64,000 nt of DNA. Source: an uncultured Trueperaceae bacterium (GTDB lineage: Bacteria; Deinococcota; Deinococci; Deinococcales; Trueperaceae). Location of the stretch: contig CAWFFU010000012.1 of NCBI GenBank assembly GCA_963815215.1, forward strand, positions 1 to 64,000, read 5' to 3'. How positions within the stretch are numbered: position 1 is the first letter of the stretch; every line of letters begins with the position of its first letter. The notes under the pieces were generated by a model that made no database searches, was not told the origin of the DNA, and worked only from the letters and a program-made list of their open reading frames with translations. Shown in pieces: positions 30,363-40,975 of this stretch. A program made the position numbers and the translations under genes.

Positions 30363-32191
30363 ATGAAGTACATCGTCGAGGTGCGCGAGCCCGTCCCGAG
30401 CAACCTGGACGAGATCGCGGGCAAGGTGGCCGCCTCGTTCCACATCAGCGAAGACAAGGCACTGGCGCTCTTGCGGCGCGCGCCGGGTGCCGTCACGCGC
30501 GCGGTGAGCGAGCGTGAGGCGGATGTCGTGTCGGGCATCTTCGAGCGTGCCGGGTTGACCGTGGTCAAGCGCCCGGTCGAGGAGGTGCCGAGCGCGCCCC
30601 CTTCGTACGAGTTGCAAGGCGGGGGAGCGGACGCCGACGCCGCGCCCGGCGCGGCCTCGGCCGGGTCGGACGCAGCCGACTCGGACGCAGCCGACGCGTA
30701 CGCAGCCGACGCGTACGAAGCCGACGCGTACGGTTCCGGGGCACCTGGGCGGGAGCCGTCGGATCTGAGCGACGCGGTTCCCGGCGCCGATCCCGTGGCC
30801 GACGCGGACGTGCCGAGCGACCCGGGAGCGGGAGGATCGACGGCCGACGGCCCGCTTCCTGCTCCGTCGGAGGCGGACGTCTGGGACCGGCCGCTGGACG
30901 CCGGTGAAGAACGGCCCGTCGACGCCTTCTCGCGCCGTGAGGGGCTGGCCGAGGACGCCGAACTGGCATGGGGTGGCACGGCCGCGGCTTCCGACGAGCG
31001 CCGCACCGACTCCGAGGACGCGACCGGGGACGGCGACGTGGGCGGCATGGGCCTGGGCGGCATGGCCCTCGCTGGCGAGCGAGCCACCGACGAGGTCCCT
31101 CCGGACGCTTCCGCCGAGGCGGGCGTGGGATCCGTGGCCGAGGACGGCATCGAACTCGACGATGACGTGGGGGCCGATTGGGGGCCGATGTTGAGGCCGA
31201 TGTTGAGGCCGATGTTGAGTCCGGCTTGGGGGTCGCTGCGGCGGCGCTTCCGGACGACGGCGTGGGTCGGCGGTCGCAGACCCCCGAGACGATGCGGAGC
31301 TCCCGCACGCCGGAGACGGTGCGCAGCACGCTCACGCGTGTTCCCGCCACCCTGGAGGGCGGCGGCCTGCGTCGTCGCGTGGCGTTGAGCAGCGTCCTTC
31401 CCGCGCTGCTGACGCTGCTGGTGATGGGCGTGGCCATGTTCGTCACCATGTTGCCGCTACTGCGCTCGCAGCAGGCTTCCCGTGCCGCCGACGCGGCGCA
31501 TGCCGAGGCGAGCACCCTCGAGGCGTTGACGGGCGGCATGCCGCTCGACTCGCAGACACTCCAGACGGCGTTGGTCGACCTGTCGCGGCGCTCCGAGGCG
31601 GTGCTCGGCGGCGGCGGCGTGCGGCTGATGGTCGTCACCGATGCCACCGGTGCGCCCTTGGCGGGCTGGTACGGCGCCGCCACCACGCCGGCGGCCATGC
31701 CGGCCGAGGTGCGCCGCCAGGTCGGCAACGAGGCGCTCTCGGCGGTGGCGGGTCAGGTGCAGGGTGGGGAGAGCCTGACGCAGAGCCTCAAGAACAGCTG
31801 GACATCGGTACTGGCGATGCTGGGTCTGGCCACGGCCGGCGACGTGTACGGCTCGGCACCGGTCCTGAGCGCCGGGCACGCGATCGGCGCGGTGGTGGTC
31901 GGTGTCGAGCCGGCGAGCGCCGGCTCGCTCGTGGGCAACGCCTTCCTGACGACCCTGCTGGTCGGACTGGTGCCCCTGCTGATCGCGATCCTGGTGGCCA
32001 TGGCGTTGACGCGCGGGCTGCGCTCACAGGTGAGCTACCTGCTCGGCGCCGCCGACCGCATCAGCCGCGGAGACCTGGAGGAGCCGGTCGGGCTCGACAG
32101 CAACGACGAGCTCGGGCAACTCGCCCGCGCCATCGAGCGCATGCGGGTCAGCCTGCAGGAGGGCATGGAGCGTCTTCGCAACCGACGCTGA
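30363..32191 (+). CDS. Membrane HAMP-domain protein with no output domain (frameshift near 31179)
   Basis: N-terminal small domain, acidic linker, two TMs, C-terminal AADRISRGDL..PV..S.DELGQLA.A.ERMR.SL. Confidence 0.75.
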
Positions 32192-32239
32192 GCGGAGCCC
32201 GGCGCGCCCGCCGCACAGCGGACGCGCCGGGCCTGCGTC

Positions 32240-33481
32240 TCAGGGCATCGGGTGCGTGCGCGCCAGCGCGCGCACCTCGTGCCTCAGCCCGTCCGGCTGC
32301 TCGCTGCGGAGCGCGCGATCGATGAGGTCGGCGACCGCGTCCATCTCCTGAGGGAGGAAGCCGCGCGTGGCCAGCGCCGGGGTGCCGATGCGCACACCCG
32401 AGGTCACCCAGGGCTTCTCCGGATCGAACGGCACCATGCTCTTGGACACGGTGATGCCGGCAGCGCCCAGGCGCTTGCTGGCGGTGTTGCCGGTCATCTC
32501 GAGCGGCCGCAGGTCGACCACGAACAGATGGTTGTCGGTCCCGCCCGACACGATGCGCAACCCGCGCGAGACCAACGCGTCGGCGAGGGCGCGGGCGTCG
32601 TCGAGGACATTCTGGATGTAGACCTTGAAGGACGGGCGCATGGCCTCGTGGAACGCCACGGCCTTGCCCGCGATGACGTGCTCGAGCGGTCCCCCCTGCG
32701 TCCCGGGGAAGATCGTGCGGTCGAGCTTCTTGCCGATCTCCTCGTCGTTGCCGAACAGGATGCCGCTGCGCGGACCGCGAAGCGTCTTGTGAGTGGTGCT
32801 GGTCACGACGTGGGCGTGCTCCACCGGACTGGGGTGGTGGCCGGTGGCGACGAGTCCGGCGATGTGGGCGATATCCGCCATCAGGTAGGCGCCGACCTCG
32901 TCGGCGATGGCGCGGAAGCGGGCGAAATCGAGCACGCGGCTGTAGGCGCTGGCACCGGCGATGATCAGCTTGGGCCGGTGCTCGAGCGCCAGCTCGCGCA
33001 CGCGCTCGTAGTCGATGCGTTCGGTCTCGGGGTCGACCGGGTAGCTGACCACGTGGTAGTTGCGGCCGGAGAAGTTGACGGGGGAACCGTGCGTGAGGTG
33101 CCCACCGTGCGCGAGGTCCATGCCGAGCACGGTGTCGCCGGGCTCGAGCAGCGCGAAGTAGACGGCCAGGTTGGCCGACGACCCGGAGTGCGGCTGTACG
33201 TTCGCCCAGCGGCAGCCGAACAGCGTCTTCAGCCGCGCGATCGCCAGCCGCTCGACCTCGTCGACGATCTCGCAGCCGCCGTAGTAGCGCTTGCCGGGGT
33301 ATCCCTCCGCGTACTTGTTGGTCAGCACCGACCCCACGGCCTCCATCACCTGTGGCGAGGTGAAGTTCTCGGAGGCGATGAGCTCGAGCCCGTCACGCTG
33401 CCGCTCGAACTCGCGGTCGATGAGGGCGAAGAGCTCCTCGTCCCTCAGGGGAGCGCTGTCTGTGACCTGCTGGCTCGTCAT
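32240..33481 (-). CDS. glyA: Serine hydroxymethyltransferase
   Basis: [45 protein letters not shown]. Confidence 0.97.
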   Translation of the reverse strand: MTSQQVTDSAPLRDEELFALIDREFERQRDGLELIASENFTSPQVMEAVGSVLTNKYAEGYPGKRYYGGCEIVDEVERLAIARLKTLFGCRWANVQPHSGSSANLAVYFALLEPGDTVLGMDLAHGGHLTHGSPVNFSGRNYHVVSYPVDPETERIDYERVRELALEHRPKLIIAGASAYSRVLDFARFRAIADEVGAYLMADIAHIAGLVATGHHPSPVEHAHVVTSTTHKTLRGPRSGILFGNDEEIGKKLDRTIFPGTQGGPLEHVIAGKAVAFHEAMRPSFKVYIQNVLDDARALADALVSRGLRIVSGGTDNHLFVVDLRPLEMTGNTASKRLGAAGITVSKSMVPFDPEKPWVTSGVRIGTPALATRGFLPQEMDAVADLIDRALRSEQPDGLRHEVRALARTHPMP

Positions 33482-33539
33482 GCGCGGAGTATACCAGCGG
33501 GCCCTGGAAGGCCCGGACGCGGGCGCTCCCGTAGTGCCC

Positions 33540-34121
33540 TCAGGCGGACGGATGGGGGTGTCGTCGTGCTCCGGCGCGGTGCGCCGGCACCTTGGGCAGC
33601 AGCGCTGAGAACGCTTCCGCGAAACGGTGGATGTCGCCCCAATCGGTCAGCTCCAGATCGCTCCGGAGATCGGCGTCGATGCTGGCGCGGCGGGCCATGG
33701 CACGCACGAGGCGCGCCTTGAAGAACCCGTAACGGCTGAAGCGTAGCGCCCCGGCGGCGCTCGCGGCGAGGTCGGGGCGCCAGCCCGTGCGGTTCAGGAA
33801 GTCCTGGAGGTAGCCGTCGGCCTCGGTGCGGTTCTGCGGGTCGCTGGCGGCGGCGCACAGGCAGACCGAGAGGAAGGCGCTGGGGAGGTGCTCGAGCACC
33901 CGTCGGTGGACGCGCACGCCACGCACCAGCGCCGAAGGGTGACGGCCTCGATGCACGCTGGCCGCGACGATCACGCCGTCGGCTCCGCTGGCGCCCGGGA
34001 AGGGGGAGGCGGGGGCGATCCGCACCTCATGATCGTCACCCTGCAACTCCAGCGCCAGGCGCTCGGCGATGTGCTGCGTGTGCCCCTCCCGAGAGGCGTG
34101 CACGATCAGCACCTTGGCCAT
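33540..34121 (-). CDS. Flavodoxin-domain protein (HemG-like)
   Basis: S.EGHT..IA.R, AFLSV.L, GAL.FSRYGF, TDW. Confidence 0.75.
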   Translation of the reverse strand: MAKVLIVHASREGHTQHIAERLALELQGDDHEVRIAPASPFPGASGADGVIVAASVHRGRHPSALVRGVRVHRRVLEHLPSAFLSVCLCAAASDPQNRTEADGYLQDFLNRTGWRPDLAASAAGALRFSRYGFFKARLVRAMARRASIDADLRSDLELTDWGDIHRFAEAFSALLPKVPAHRAGARRHPHPSA

Positions 34122-34235
34122 GCCGTTCCTTCCGCCGGAGTCGTGCCCCGGTCCGCCCCGGACCGCTTCGACTCAGCCTGCGCGTCGACCCCTGTGTCCA
34201 CCAGAGGCGCATGTCCCTTGCGGCGATCGCCGGCA

Positions 34236-35204
34236 TCAGCGGGCCGCGGCGCCTCGAGCACGCGCGGGCGACGGCAACAGCTTGTCGAGCGCGGCCTCGA
34301 GCGTGCCCCACAGGAACGTGAATCCCTGTTCGTCCAGCCGCGCCGGCACCACCCGCGCACTCTGCAGCAGGACCCCGTCGGCAAGCCGGCCGAGCACGAG
34401 CCGCAGCACCCAGGCGGGCGCCGGGAACCAGAACGGACGGCGCAGGCGCCGGGCGGCCTCCCGAGCCAGGTCGCGCTGGCGCACGGCTTCGGGTGCGACG
34501 GCGTTGTACACCCCCTCGCACGACGGCTGCTCGATCACGAACAGGTAGGCGCGGGCCAGGTCGTCGGCGTCGATCCACGGGAGCCACTGCGTGCCCCGGC
34601 CCAGGCGCCCGCCGAAGCCCAGCTTGATGGGCATCAGCAGGCGTTGCCAGGCGGGCGCATCCTTGGCCAGCACCACGCCGGTGCGCAGCACGCACAGCCG
34701 GACGCGCGCCGCAGCCGGCGCCGCGGCGGCCTCGCTCGCCTCCGCCACCGGAGCGAGCAAGAAGGCCTCTCCCGGCCCCGCGCCTTCGTCGAGCACCTCG
34801 TCGCCGCGCTGACCGTAGTACCCCGTCACCGAAGCCTGGACCAGCACCTCGGGCGGCCGTCGGCACCGTTGGAGCGCAGTGACCAGGGTCGTTGCGCTGT
34901 CGACGCGGCTGCTCAGCAGTCGGTCCCTGTGGGCCGGTCCCAGGCGCCCGTCAGCGATCGAGGAGCCCGCCAGGTTCACCACGGCAGCGGCTCCCTCCAG
35001 GGTGGACGTGAGCCGCGACAGCGCCTCCTCGTCCCCGGCGCGGGCCGCGTCCGGCCTCCAGGCCACCGGTGTGGCGCCGGAAGGCTCGGGGCCGGTGACC
35101 TGACGCGTCAGCACGGTGACGTCGAAGCGTTCGCGGGCCGCGGTGACCAGATGGCGGCCGACCACGCCCGAGGCTCCGGCGATGACGATGCGGGAACGGG
35201 ACAT
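34236..35204 (-). CDS. TIGR01777 family epimerase/oxidoreductase
   Basis: GASGVVG, VVNLAG.SI, SR..S, GYYG, GG.LG.G.QW.PWI..DD. Confidence 0.88.
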   Translation of the reverse strand: MSRSRIVIAGASGVVGRHLVTAARERFDVTVLTRQVTGPEPSGATPVAWRPDAARAGDEEALSRLTSTLEGAAAVVNLAGSSIADGRLGPAHRDRLLSSRVDSATTLVTALQRCRRPPEVLVQASVTGYYGQRGDEVLDEGAGPGEAFLLAPVAEASEAAAAPAAARVRLCVLRTGVVLAKDAPAWQRLLMPIKLGFGGRLGRGTQWLPWIDADDLARAYLFVIEQPSCEGVYNAVAPEAVRQRDLAREAARRLRRPFWFPAPAWVLRLVLGRLADGVLLQSARVVPARLDEQGFTFLWGTLEAALDKLLPSPARARGAAAR

Positions 35205-35379
35205 GCTCCCACGCTAGCAGGGGGACCTCGCCCAGGACCGTACGGCAGACGCTTGTCCCCGCCTCGCGGCGTCGTACCGGCGCGGGAGAGAGGGTCCCGG
35301 CCACGCCCGCGGGGAGATTCGCTATGCTGGCGCCCAGCAACGTCACGTTCGAGCAGCAAGCACGCCTTGGAGGTGTTGT

Positions 35380-35535
35380 GTGTCCGACGACGAGCGAACC
35401 GCTCCGGAGTCCGGGAAGACGACTGCCGATGCGGCGTACAAACCCTACGGCGCCCTCTTCGTGACGATCGTCCTGGGGGCGGTCATCGTCGGCTTCTGGG
35501 CGCTGATGTTCGTGCTGGCACGGCTCCGGGGCTGA
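35380..35535 (+). CDS. cbaD: ba3-type cytochrome c oxidase subunit IIa (51 aa, not in the ORF track)
   Basis: GGAGG RBS; MSDD..KPYGALFVTIVLGAVIVGFWALMFVLARLRG resembles Thermus subunit IIa (KP.GAL...FW...RG); directly upstream of subunit II. Confidence 0.85.
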   Translation: MSDDERTAPESGKTTADAAYKPYGALFVTIVLGAVIVGFWALMFVLARLRG

Positions 35536-35539
35536 GGGT

Positions 35540-36523
35540 ATGGACGAGCGCCAACACCAGGTCATCGCGCGCTGGGAGCGGCGCTGGCTCGCGGCCGGAG
35601 TGGCCATGCTGGTGGTCTTCGTGGTGCTGATCGCCTACTCCCTGATCACGCAGGGCGGGCACATCGTGCACGGCGGGGGCAAGTTCGATCCCAACACCGT
35701 GCGGAACGTTCCGCTGTTCGCCTCGCCGGGGGTGCGCGAGCTCTCCAGCGGGGCCTTCCAGGTCAGCGTCGTAGCACGCGCGTTCGCTTTCGACCCCGCA
35801 GACATCGTGCTCCCGGTCGGGGCCAGGACGCGCTTCTACCTCACCAGCGTGGACGTGCTCCACGGCTACCTGATCCAGGGCACGGCCGTGAACATCGAGC
35901 TGATCCCCGGTCAGCTCGCCTACTTCGACTTCACCTTCGCCCACCCGGGGACCTTCCACGTGGTGTGCGACGAGTACTGTGGCATCAACCACCAGGACAT
36001 GGTGGGCACCATCACCGTGCTTCCGGTGGCGGCGTACCGTCAGCGCCGGGCGGCCGGCAACCTGCCGGGGCACGTCGTCCCCCCCGCAGCGGCCGGGAGC
36101 GCTGCCGCAGCGGCGCAGGCCGCGGCCCCCGTCGACGGTCAGCAGGTCTTCGACGCCAACTGTGCCGCCTGCCATCAGCAGGATGGCCAGGGCCACCCGG
36201 GCGCCTTCCCGCCGCTGGCAGGGCACGCGCCGAAGCTCTACCTGGCCGACCGCGGCTACCCCGTCGACGTGCTCCTGTACGGTCTACAGGGTCCGATCAC
36301 GGTGGCGGGGAAGGGCTACAACAACGTCATGCCCGGCTGGTCGCAGCTCTCCGACGCGCAACTGGCCGCCGTGGCGGACTACATGATGCGCGCCTGGGGC
36401 AACGACGCCGCTCTGGGACCTGACTACCAGCCCTACACCGCCAAGGATTTCGCGGACGCGCGCGCCGCCTCCAAGAGCGCCGCGGACGTGCACGCGCTGC
36501 GCGGAGAGCTGGGGTTGCCGTGA
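35540..36523 (+). CDS. cbaB: ba3-type oxidase subunit II (CuA) fused to a c552-like cytochrome c
   Basis: One TM, DVLHG, CDEYCGINHQDM CuA site; C-terminal CAACH..GAFPPLAGH..VLLYGLQGPI.V.G..YN.VM. Confidence 0.9.
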   Translation: MDERQHQVIARWERRWLAAGVAMLVVFVVLIAYSLITQGGHIVHGGGKFDPNTVRNVPLFASPGVRELSSGAFQVSVVARAFAFDPADIVLPVGARTRFYLTSVDVLHGYLIQGTAVNIELIPGQLAYFDFTFAHPGTFHVVCDEYCGINHQDMVGTITVLPVAAYRQRRAAGNLPGHVVPPAAAGSAAAAAQAAAPVDGQQVFDANCAACHQQDGQGHPGAFPPLAGHAPKLYLADRGYPVDVLLYGLQGPITVAGKGYNNVMPGWSQLSDAQLAAVADYMMRAWGNDAALGPDYQPYTAKDFADARAASKSAADVHALRGELGLP

Positions 36524-36569
36524 GCCGCGTCCCGTACGCCACCTCACACATGTCCGAAGGGAGCCAGGC

Positions 36570-38252
36570 ATGGCGGTAGGTACGTTCTCCACCTCGACGT
36601 CCGCCGCCGCCCGCTGGCGCCCCGAGAAGCGGGTGACGGGCGCGTTCCTGATCACCGGACTGATGGCGCTCCTGGTCGGCGCGCTGCTCGGCCCCTTCCA
36701 GGCCATGAACTACGGCGACGTCAACCTCTACCGCTATCTGCCGTTCCTCAAGTCGTACTACCAGGGACTCACCCTGCACGGCGTGCTGAACGTGTTGGTG
36801 TTCACCACCTTCTTCAACTGCGGGGTGCTCGTCTACTTCCCGGCGCGCGAGCTGGACGTGCGGCCCTCGATGGCGTGGTTGTGGAGCTCGTACGTGGTGA
36901 TGATGGTGGGTCTGGCGCTGGCCGGGATCGCCATCATGTCGGACAGCTCGACCGTGCTCTACACCTTCTATCCGCCGTTGCAGGGGAGCTGGGGCTTCTA
37001 CACCGGCCTCGCGCTGGTGGTGGTCGGGAGCCTCATGGTGGCCTTCGAGGTGGTGCGGCTGCGGGCCCGCTGGCGCCGCGACAACCCCGGCAAGGCCACG
37101 CCGATCGTCACCTTCATGTCGGTCACGACCATGCTGATGTGGGCGCTGGCGTCGGTCGGCATCGTCCTCGAGGTCGTGGTGTACCTGATCCCCTGGTCGG
37201 CAGGGTGGATCACCGGCGTCGATCCCGAGCTCGCGCGCACGCTGTTCTGGTTCACCGGTCACCCCATCGTGTACTTCTGGCTGCTGCCGGCGTACATCTC
37301 CTGGTACGCCTTCATCCCCAAGCAGGTCGGCGGGGAGCTCGTCTCCGATACGCTGACGCGGCTGGCGTTCCTGATGTTCATGCTGTTCAGCACGCCGGTC
37401 GGGTTCCATCACCAGTTCACCGACCCCGGCATCTCGGGCGGCTGGAAGCTCGTCCAGAACATCCTGACGTTCTTCGTGGTGGTCCCCAGCCTGCTCACGG
37501 CCTTCACCGTGACGGCGTCGATGGAGATCGGCGCGCGCCGCAAGGGGGGGCGAGGGATGCTCGGCTGGATCCGCAAGCTCCCCTGGGACGACGGCGGCTT
37601 CGTGGCCCAGGTGCTGGCGATGATCTCCTTCGTCTTCGGCGGCGCCGGCGGGATCGCCCTCGCCAGCTTCAACCTCAACGTGCTGGTCCACAACACCGCC
37701 TTCATCCCCGGCCACTTCCACATCACCGTCGGCACGGCCGTCACCCTCACCTTCTTCGGCATGACGTTCTGGCTCATCCCGCACCTCACCGGCCGCCGGC
37801 TGTTCTCGCCGCGCCTGGCGTTGTGGTCGGCCTGGACCTGGTTCGTGGGGATGATGCTGTTCGCGGTCGGCATGCACTGGGAAGGGTTGCTCGGCGTTCC
37901 GCGGCGCGCCTGGATCTCCAACATGAGCCCGGCGCTCCAAGGCTTCTACGATGGCGCCCGCGTGCCGGAGGTGATCACGGCCGTCAGCGGGGTGATCCTG
38001 CTGCTGGCGGTGATCTTCTACTTCACGGTGCTCTTCGGTACGCTCTTCTCCGCGAAGCGCGTCGAGGAGGACAGTATCGCCATCCCCTTCCCGGACCGCG
38101 AGCCGGCGCACGACGACCGCATGGTGCTGGCGCTCGACCGGCTCGGCCTGTGGTTCGTGCTCGCCGTCGCGATCGTGCTGGTCGCCTACCTCCCCACGCT
38201 GATCCACATGTTCACGACGCAGCTCGGGCTGCCCGGCGTGCGTCTGTGGTGA
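36570..38252 (+). CDS. cbaA: B-family (ba3) heme-copper oxidase subunit I
   Basis: YYQGLTLHGVLN, LFWFTGHPIVYFWLLPAY, GFHHQF.DP, HNT...PGHFH, GVPRR. Confidence 0.95.
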   Translation: MAVGTFSTSTSAAARWRPEKRVTGAFLITGLMALLVGALLGPFQAMNYGDVNLYRYLPFLKSYYQGLTLHGVLNVLVFTTFFNCGVLVYFPARELDVRPSMAWLWSSYVVMMVGLALAGIAIMSDSSTVLYTFYPPLQGSWGFYTGLALVVVGSLMVAFEVVRLRARWRRDNPGKATPIVTFMSVTTMLMWALASVGIVLEVVVYLIPWSAGWITGVDPELARTLFWFTGHPIVYFWLLPAYISWYAFIPKQVGGELVSDTLTRLAFLMFMLFSTPVGFHHQFTDPGISGGWKLVQNILTFFVVVPSLLTAFTVTASMEIGARRKGGRGMLGWIRKLPWDDGGFVAQVLAMISFVFGGAGGIALASFNLNVLVHNTAFIPGHFHITVGTAVTLTFFGMTFWLIPHLTGRRLFSPRLALWSAWTWFVGMMLFAVGMHWEGLLGVPRRAWISNMSPALQGFYDGARVPEVITAVSGVILLLAVIFYFTVLFGTLFSAKRVEEDSIAIPFPDREPAHDDRMVLALDRLGLWFVLAVAIVLVAYLPTLIHMFTTQLGLPGVRLW

Positions 38253-38417
38253 GGGTGCCGGCGTCCGCCTGAACTCCGACAACGTTGTCCGGCATACCGA
38301 CCGGGTTCGCGCAAGGACGCGCGCCCGCTGCCAAGGCCGGGTCGGCCGCATGATGGTGGAGGTGGGACGCGCCCCGACGCACGCGGTGCGGGACGCGGAC
38401 CCCGGAGAGGGGGAGCC

Positions 38418-39173
38418 ATGGCTCTCCTGGAAGGCAAGGTTGGACTGGTCACGGGTGCGTCGTCGGGCATCGGACGCGCGGTCGCCGAGACGTACGCCCG
38501 CGAAGGTGCGATGGTGCTGGTGTCTGACGTGGACGAGCGCGGAGGCGCGGAGACGGTCGAGCGCATCCGGGCGGCGGGGGGCGACGCCTTCTTCGAGACC
38601 GGCGACGTCGCCGACCCGGAGGTGGGCGAACGCCTGGTCGCGCGGGCCGTGGAGCGCTACGGTGCGCTCCACCTGGCCTGCAACAACGCCGGCATCGGCG
38701 GAGCGCAGGCACCGACGGCGGAGTACCCGGTCGAGGACTGGCGGAGGATCCTCGAGATCAACCTCTCGGGTGCGTTCTACGGCATGCGCGCGCAGATCCC
38801 CGCGATGCTCGACGCGGGCGGCGGCGCCATCGTGAACATGGCCTCGATCCTGGGCGCGGTCGGCTTCGCGAACTCGTCGGGCTACGTCGCTGCCAAGCAC
38901 GGCCTGGTGGGGTTGACCAAGACCGCCGCCATGGAGTACGCCGCGCAGGGCGTGCGGGTCAACGCGGTGGGCCCCGGTTTCATCGATACCCCGTTGCTGG
39001 ATCCCCTCAAGGCGGACCCGGCCGTGGTCGACCTGCTGGTGTCGCTCCACCCGATCGGCCGTCTCGGCACGGCCCAGGAGGTGGCCGACCTCGTCGCGTT
39101 CCTGTCGAGTGACAAGGCATCGTTCATCACCGGCGCCTACATGCCGGTGGACGGCGGTTACCTCACACGCTGA
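38418..39173 (+). CDS. Short-chain dehydrogenase/reductase
   Basis: TGASSGIG, NNAGI, Y.AAKHG, VNAVGPG, VDGG. Confidence 0.92.
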   Translation: MALLEGKVGLVTGASSGIGRAVAETYAREGAMVLVSDVDERGGAETVERIRAAGGDAFFETGDVADPEVGERLVARAVERYGALHLACNNAGIGGAQAPTAEYPVEDWRRILEINLSGAFYGMRAQIPAMLDAGGGAIVNMASILGAVGFANSSGYVAAKHGLVGLTKTAAMEYAAQGVRVNAVGPGFIDTPLLDPLKADPAVVDLLVSLHPIGRLGTAQEVADLVAFLSSDKASFITGAYMPVDGGYLTR

Positions 39174-39278
39174 CGGAGCTCTTCCGCCTCACCAGGACAG
39201 ATGGACACCAGGACAGATGGACGCCGGCGGGCCCGGGATGCGATCGTCCCGGGTCCGCCGGCTCGCTATGCGGGGGTC

Positions 39279-40847
39279 TCAGCCCTCGTCGCGCAGCGTG
39301 CGGCGCAGGATCTTGCCGGTGGCGTTCATGGGCAGCTCGCTGCGGAACTCGACGAGGCGCGGGTACTTGTAGGCCGCCATCTGCTCCCTGCTCCAGGTGA
39401 TGAGGACGTCGGCGTCGAGGCTCTCCCCGTCGGCGAGCACCACGAAGGCCTTGATCTCCTCGCCGTGCTCGTCGTGGGGGACGCCCACCACGGCCGCCAG
39501 TGAGACGGCGGGGTGGGTCATCAGCACCTCCTCGACCTCGCGCGGGTAGACGTTGAAGCCGCCGCGCAGGATCATGTCCTTGAGCCGGTCGACGACGCTG
39601 AAGTAGCCGTCGGCATCGACCACGCCGATGTCGCCCGAGTGGAACCAGCCGCCGCGCAGCGCCTCGGCGCTGGCGTCGGGGCGCTTGTAGTAGCCCTTCA
39701 TGACGTTGTGGCCGCGGATGACGATCTCCCCGGCCTCACCGACCGGGACGTCCCGGTCGTCCTCGTCCACCACCCGCATCTCACACCCGAAGATAGGCTG
39801 GCCGATGGTGCCGGGGCGGCGCTCCCGGTCGGCGTGGTTGAAGCTCGCCACCGGGCTGGTCTCCGACAGGCCGTAGCCCTCCATGATGCCGATGCCGTAG
39901 ACCTCCTCGAAGCGTCGCAGGATCTCCACGGGCAGGGCGGCGCCGCCGCTGAGCGCGAACTCCAGGTGGGCTCGGAGCTGCTCCTTGCGGGCGTCGTCGA
40001 GGGTGGCGGCGGCGTTCAGGAGCGCCCAGTACATGGTGGGGACGCCTGCGAACACGGTGATGCGGTGCGCCAGCATGATCTCCAGCGCCCGCCCGGGGTC
40101 GAAGCGGGGGAGCATGCTGATGCTGCCGCCGCCGTAGAACATGCTGTTCATGCCGACCGTCTGGCCGAAGGAGTGGAACAGGGGCAGGGCCATGAGGAAA
40201 GCGTGCTCCTCCGGCGGAAACCTCGAGGTATGCACCAGGCCGTTGCTGTGGATGGCGTTCATGACCATGTTGAGCTGGCTCAGCTCCGCACCCTTGGGCT
40301 GGCCGGTGGTACCCGAGGTGTAGAGGATGACCGCGGTGTCCAGCGCGCCACTGGGATGGATGTCGGTGAGCGGCTCCTGGCCGACGAGGATGGCGCCCAG
40401 CGTGGTGCCACCGTCGACGGGGGAGGGCGCCTTGGGGTCCGACGTCATCACCACCAGATGCCGGCAGGCGGGGGTCTCCTCGAACGCCTGAGCCCCCTCC
40501 CGGGCCATCGGCAGCTCCGGGGTGCCCTCGAACACGAAGTACGCGGCTGCATCGCTGTCGCGCAGATGGTAGCCGATCTCGCGCGCCTTGAGCAGCACGT
40601 TCAGCGGGACCACCACGCAGCCGGCCTTGAGGATGCCGTAGTAGACGACCGGGAAGTACGGCAGGTTGGGGCAGGACAGCGCCACCTTCTCGCCGGGCTC
40701 GACGCCGCGCGCGCGCAGGAAGCCGGCCACCCGGTCGCTCATGGCGTCGAGGGTGCCGTAGTCGAGGGTGGTGTCGCCCATCCTCACAGCCACCCGTTCG
40801 GGGTAATGGAGGGCGTGTTCGCGGACGAAGCGGCCGAGGTTCAGCAT
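39279..40847 (-). CDS. Long-chain fatty acid-CoA ligase
   Basis: YTSGTTGQPKG, EGYGLSETSP, SGD.G..D.DGY..VVDRLKD, P.NATGKI. Confidence 0.93.
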   Translation of the reverse strand: MLNLGRFVREHALHYPERVAVRMGDTTLDYGTLDAMSDRVAGFLRARGVEPGEKVALSCPNLPYFPVVYYGILKAGCVVVPLNVLLKAREIGYHLRDSDAAAYFVFEGTPELPMAREGAQAFEETPACRHLVVMTSDPKAPSPVDGGTTLGAILVGQEPLTDIHPSGALDTAVILYTSGTTGQPKGAELSQLNMVMNAIHSNGLVHTSRFPPEEHAFLMALPLFHSFGQTVGMNSMFYGGGSISMLPRFDPGRALEIMLAHRITVFAGVPTMYWALLNAAATLDDARKEQLRAHLEFALSGGAALPVEILRRFEEVYGIGIMEGYGLSETSPVASFNHADRERRPGTIGQPIFGCEMRVVDEDDRDVPVGEAGEIVIRGHNVMKGYYKRPDASAEALRGGWFHSGDIGVVDADGYFSVVDRLKDMILRGGFNVYPREVEEVLMTHPAVSLAAVVGVPHDEHGEEIKAFVVLADGESLDADVLITWSREQMAAYKYPRLVEFRSELPMNATGKILRRTLRDEG

Positions 40848-40975
40848 GCTCTTCCCTTCCCGAGGCCGAGTTGTGGTTGCCGTTCACGATAGCAGAAGGA
40901 CCACGCCGTGCCCGGCCCGGCCTGCACAGATGACGACACGCCGCCGAGGCCGGTCCGCCCGCGCAGGGTCCGACG

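Noticed and set aside
22779..39050. Very long alternative ORFs (e.g. 22779-25640, 36327-39050)
   Set aside because: Arg/Pro/Gly-rich shadow or antisense frames of real genes, as expected in high-GC DNA.
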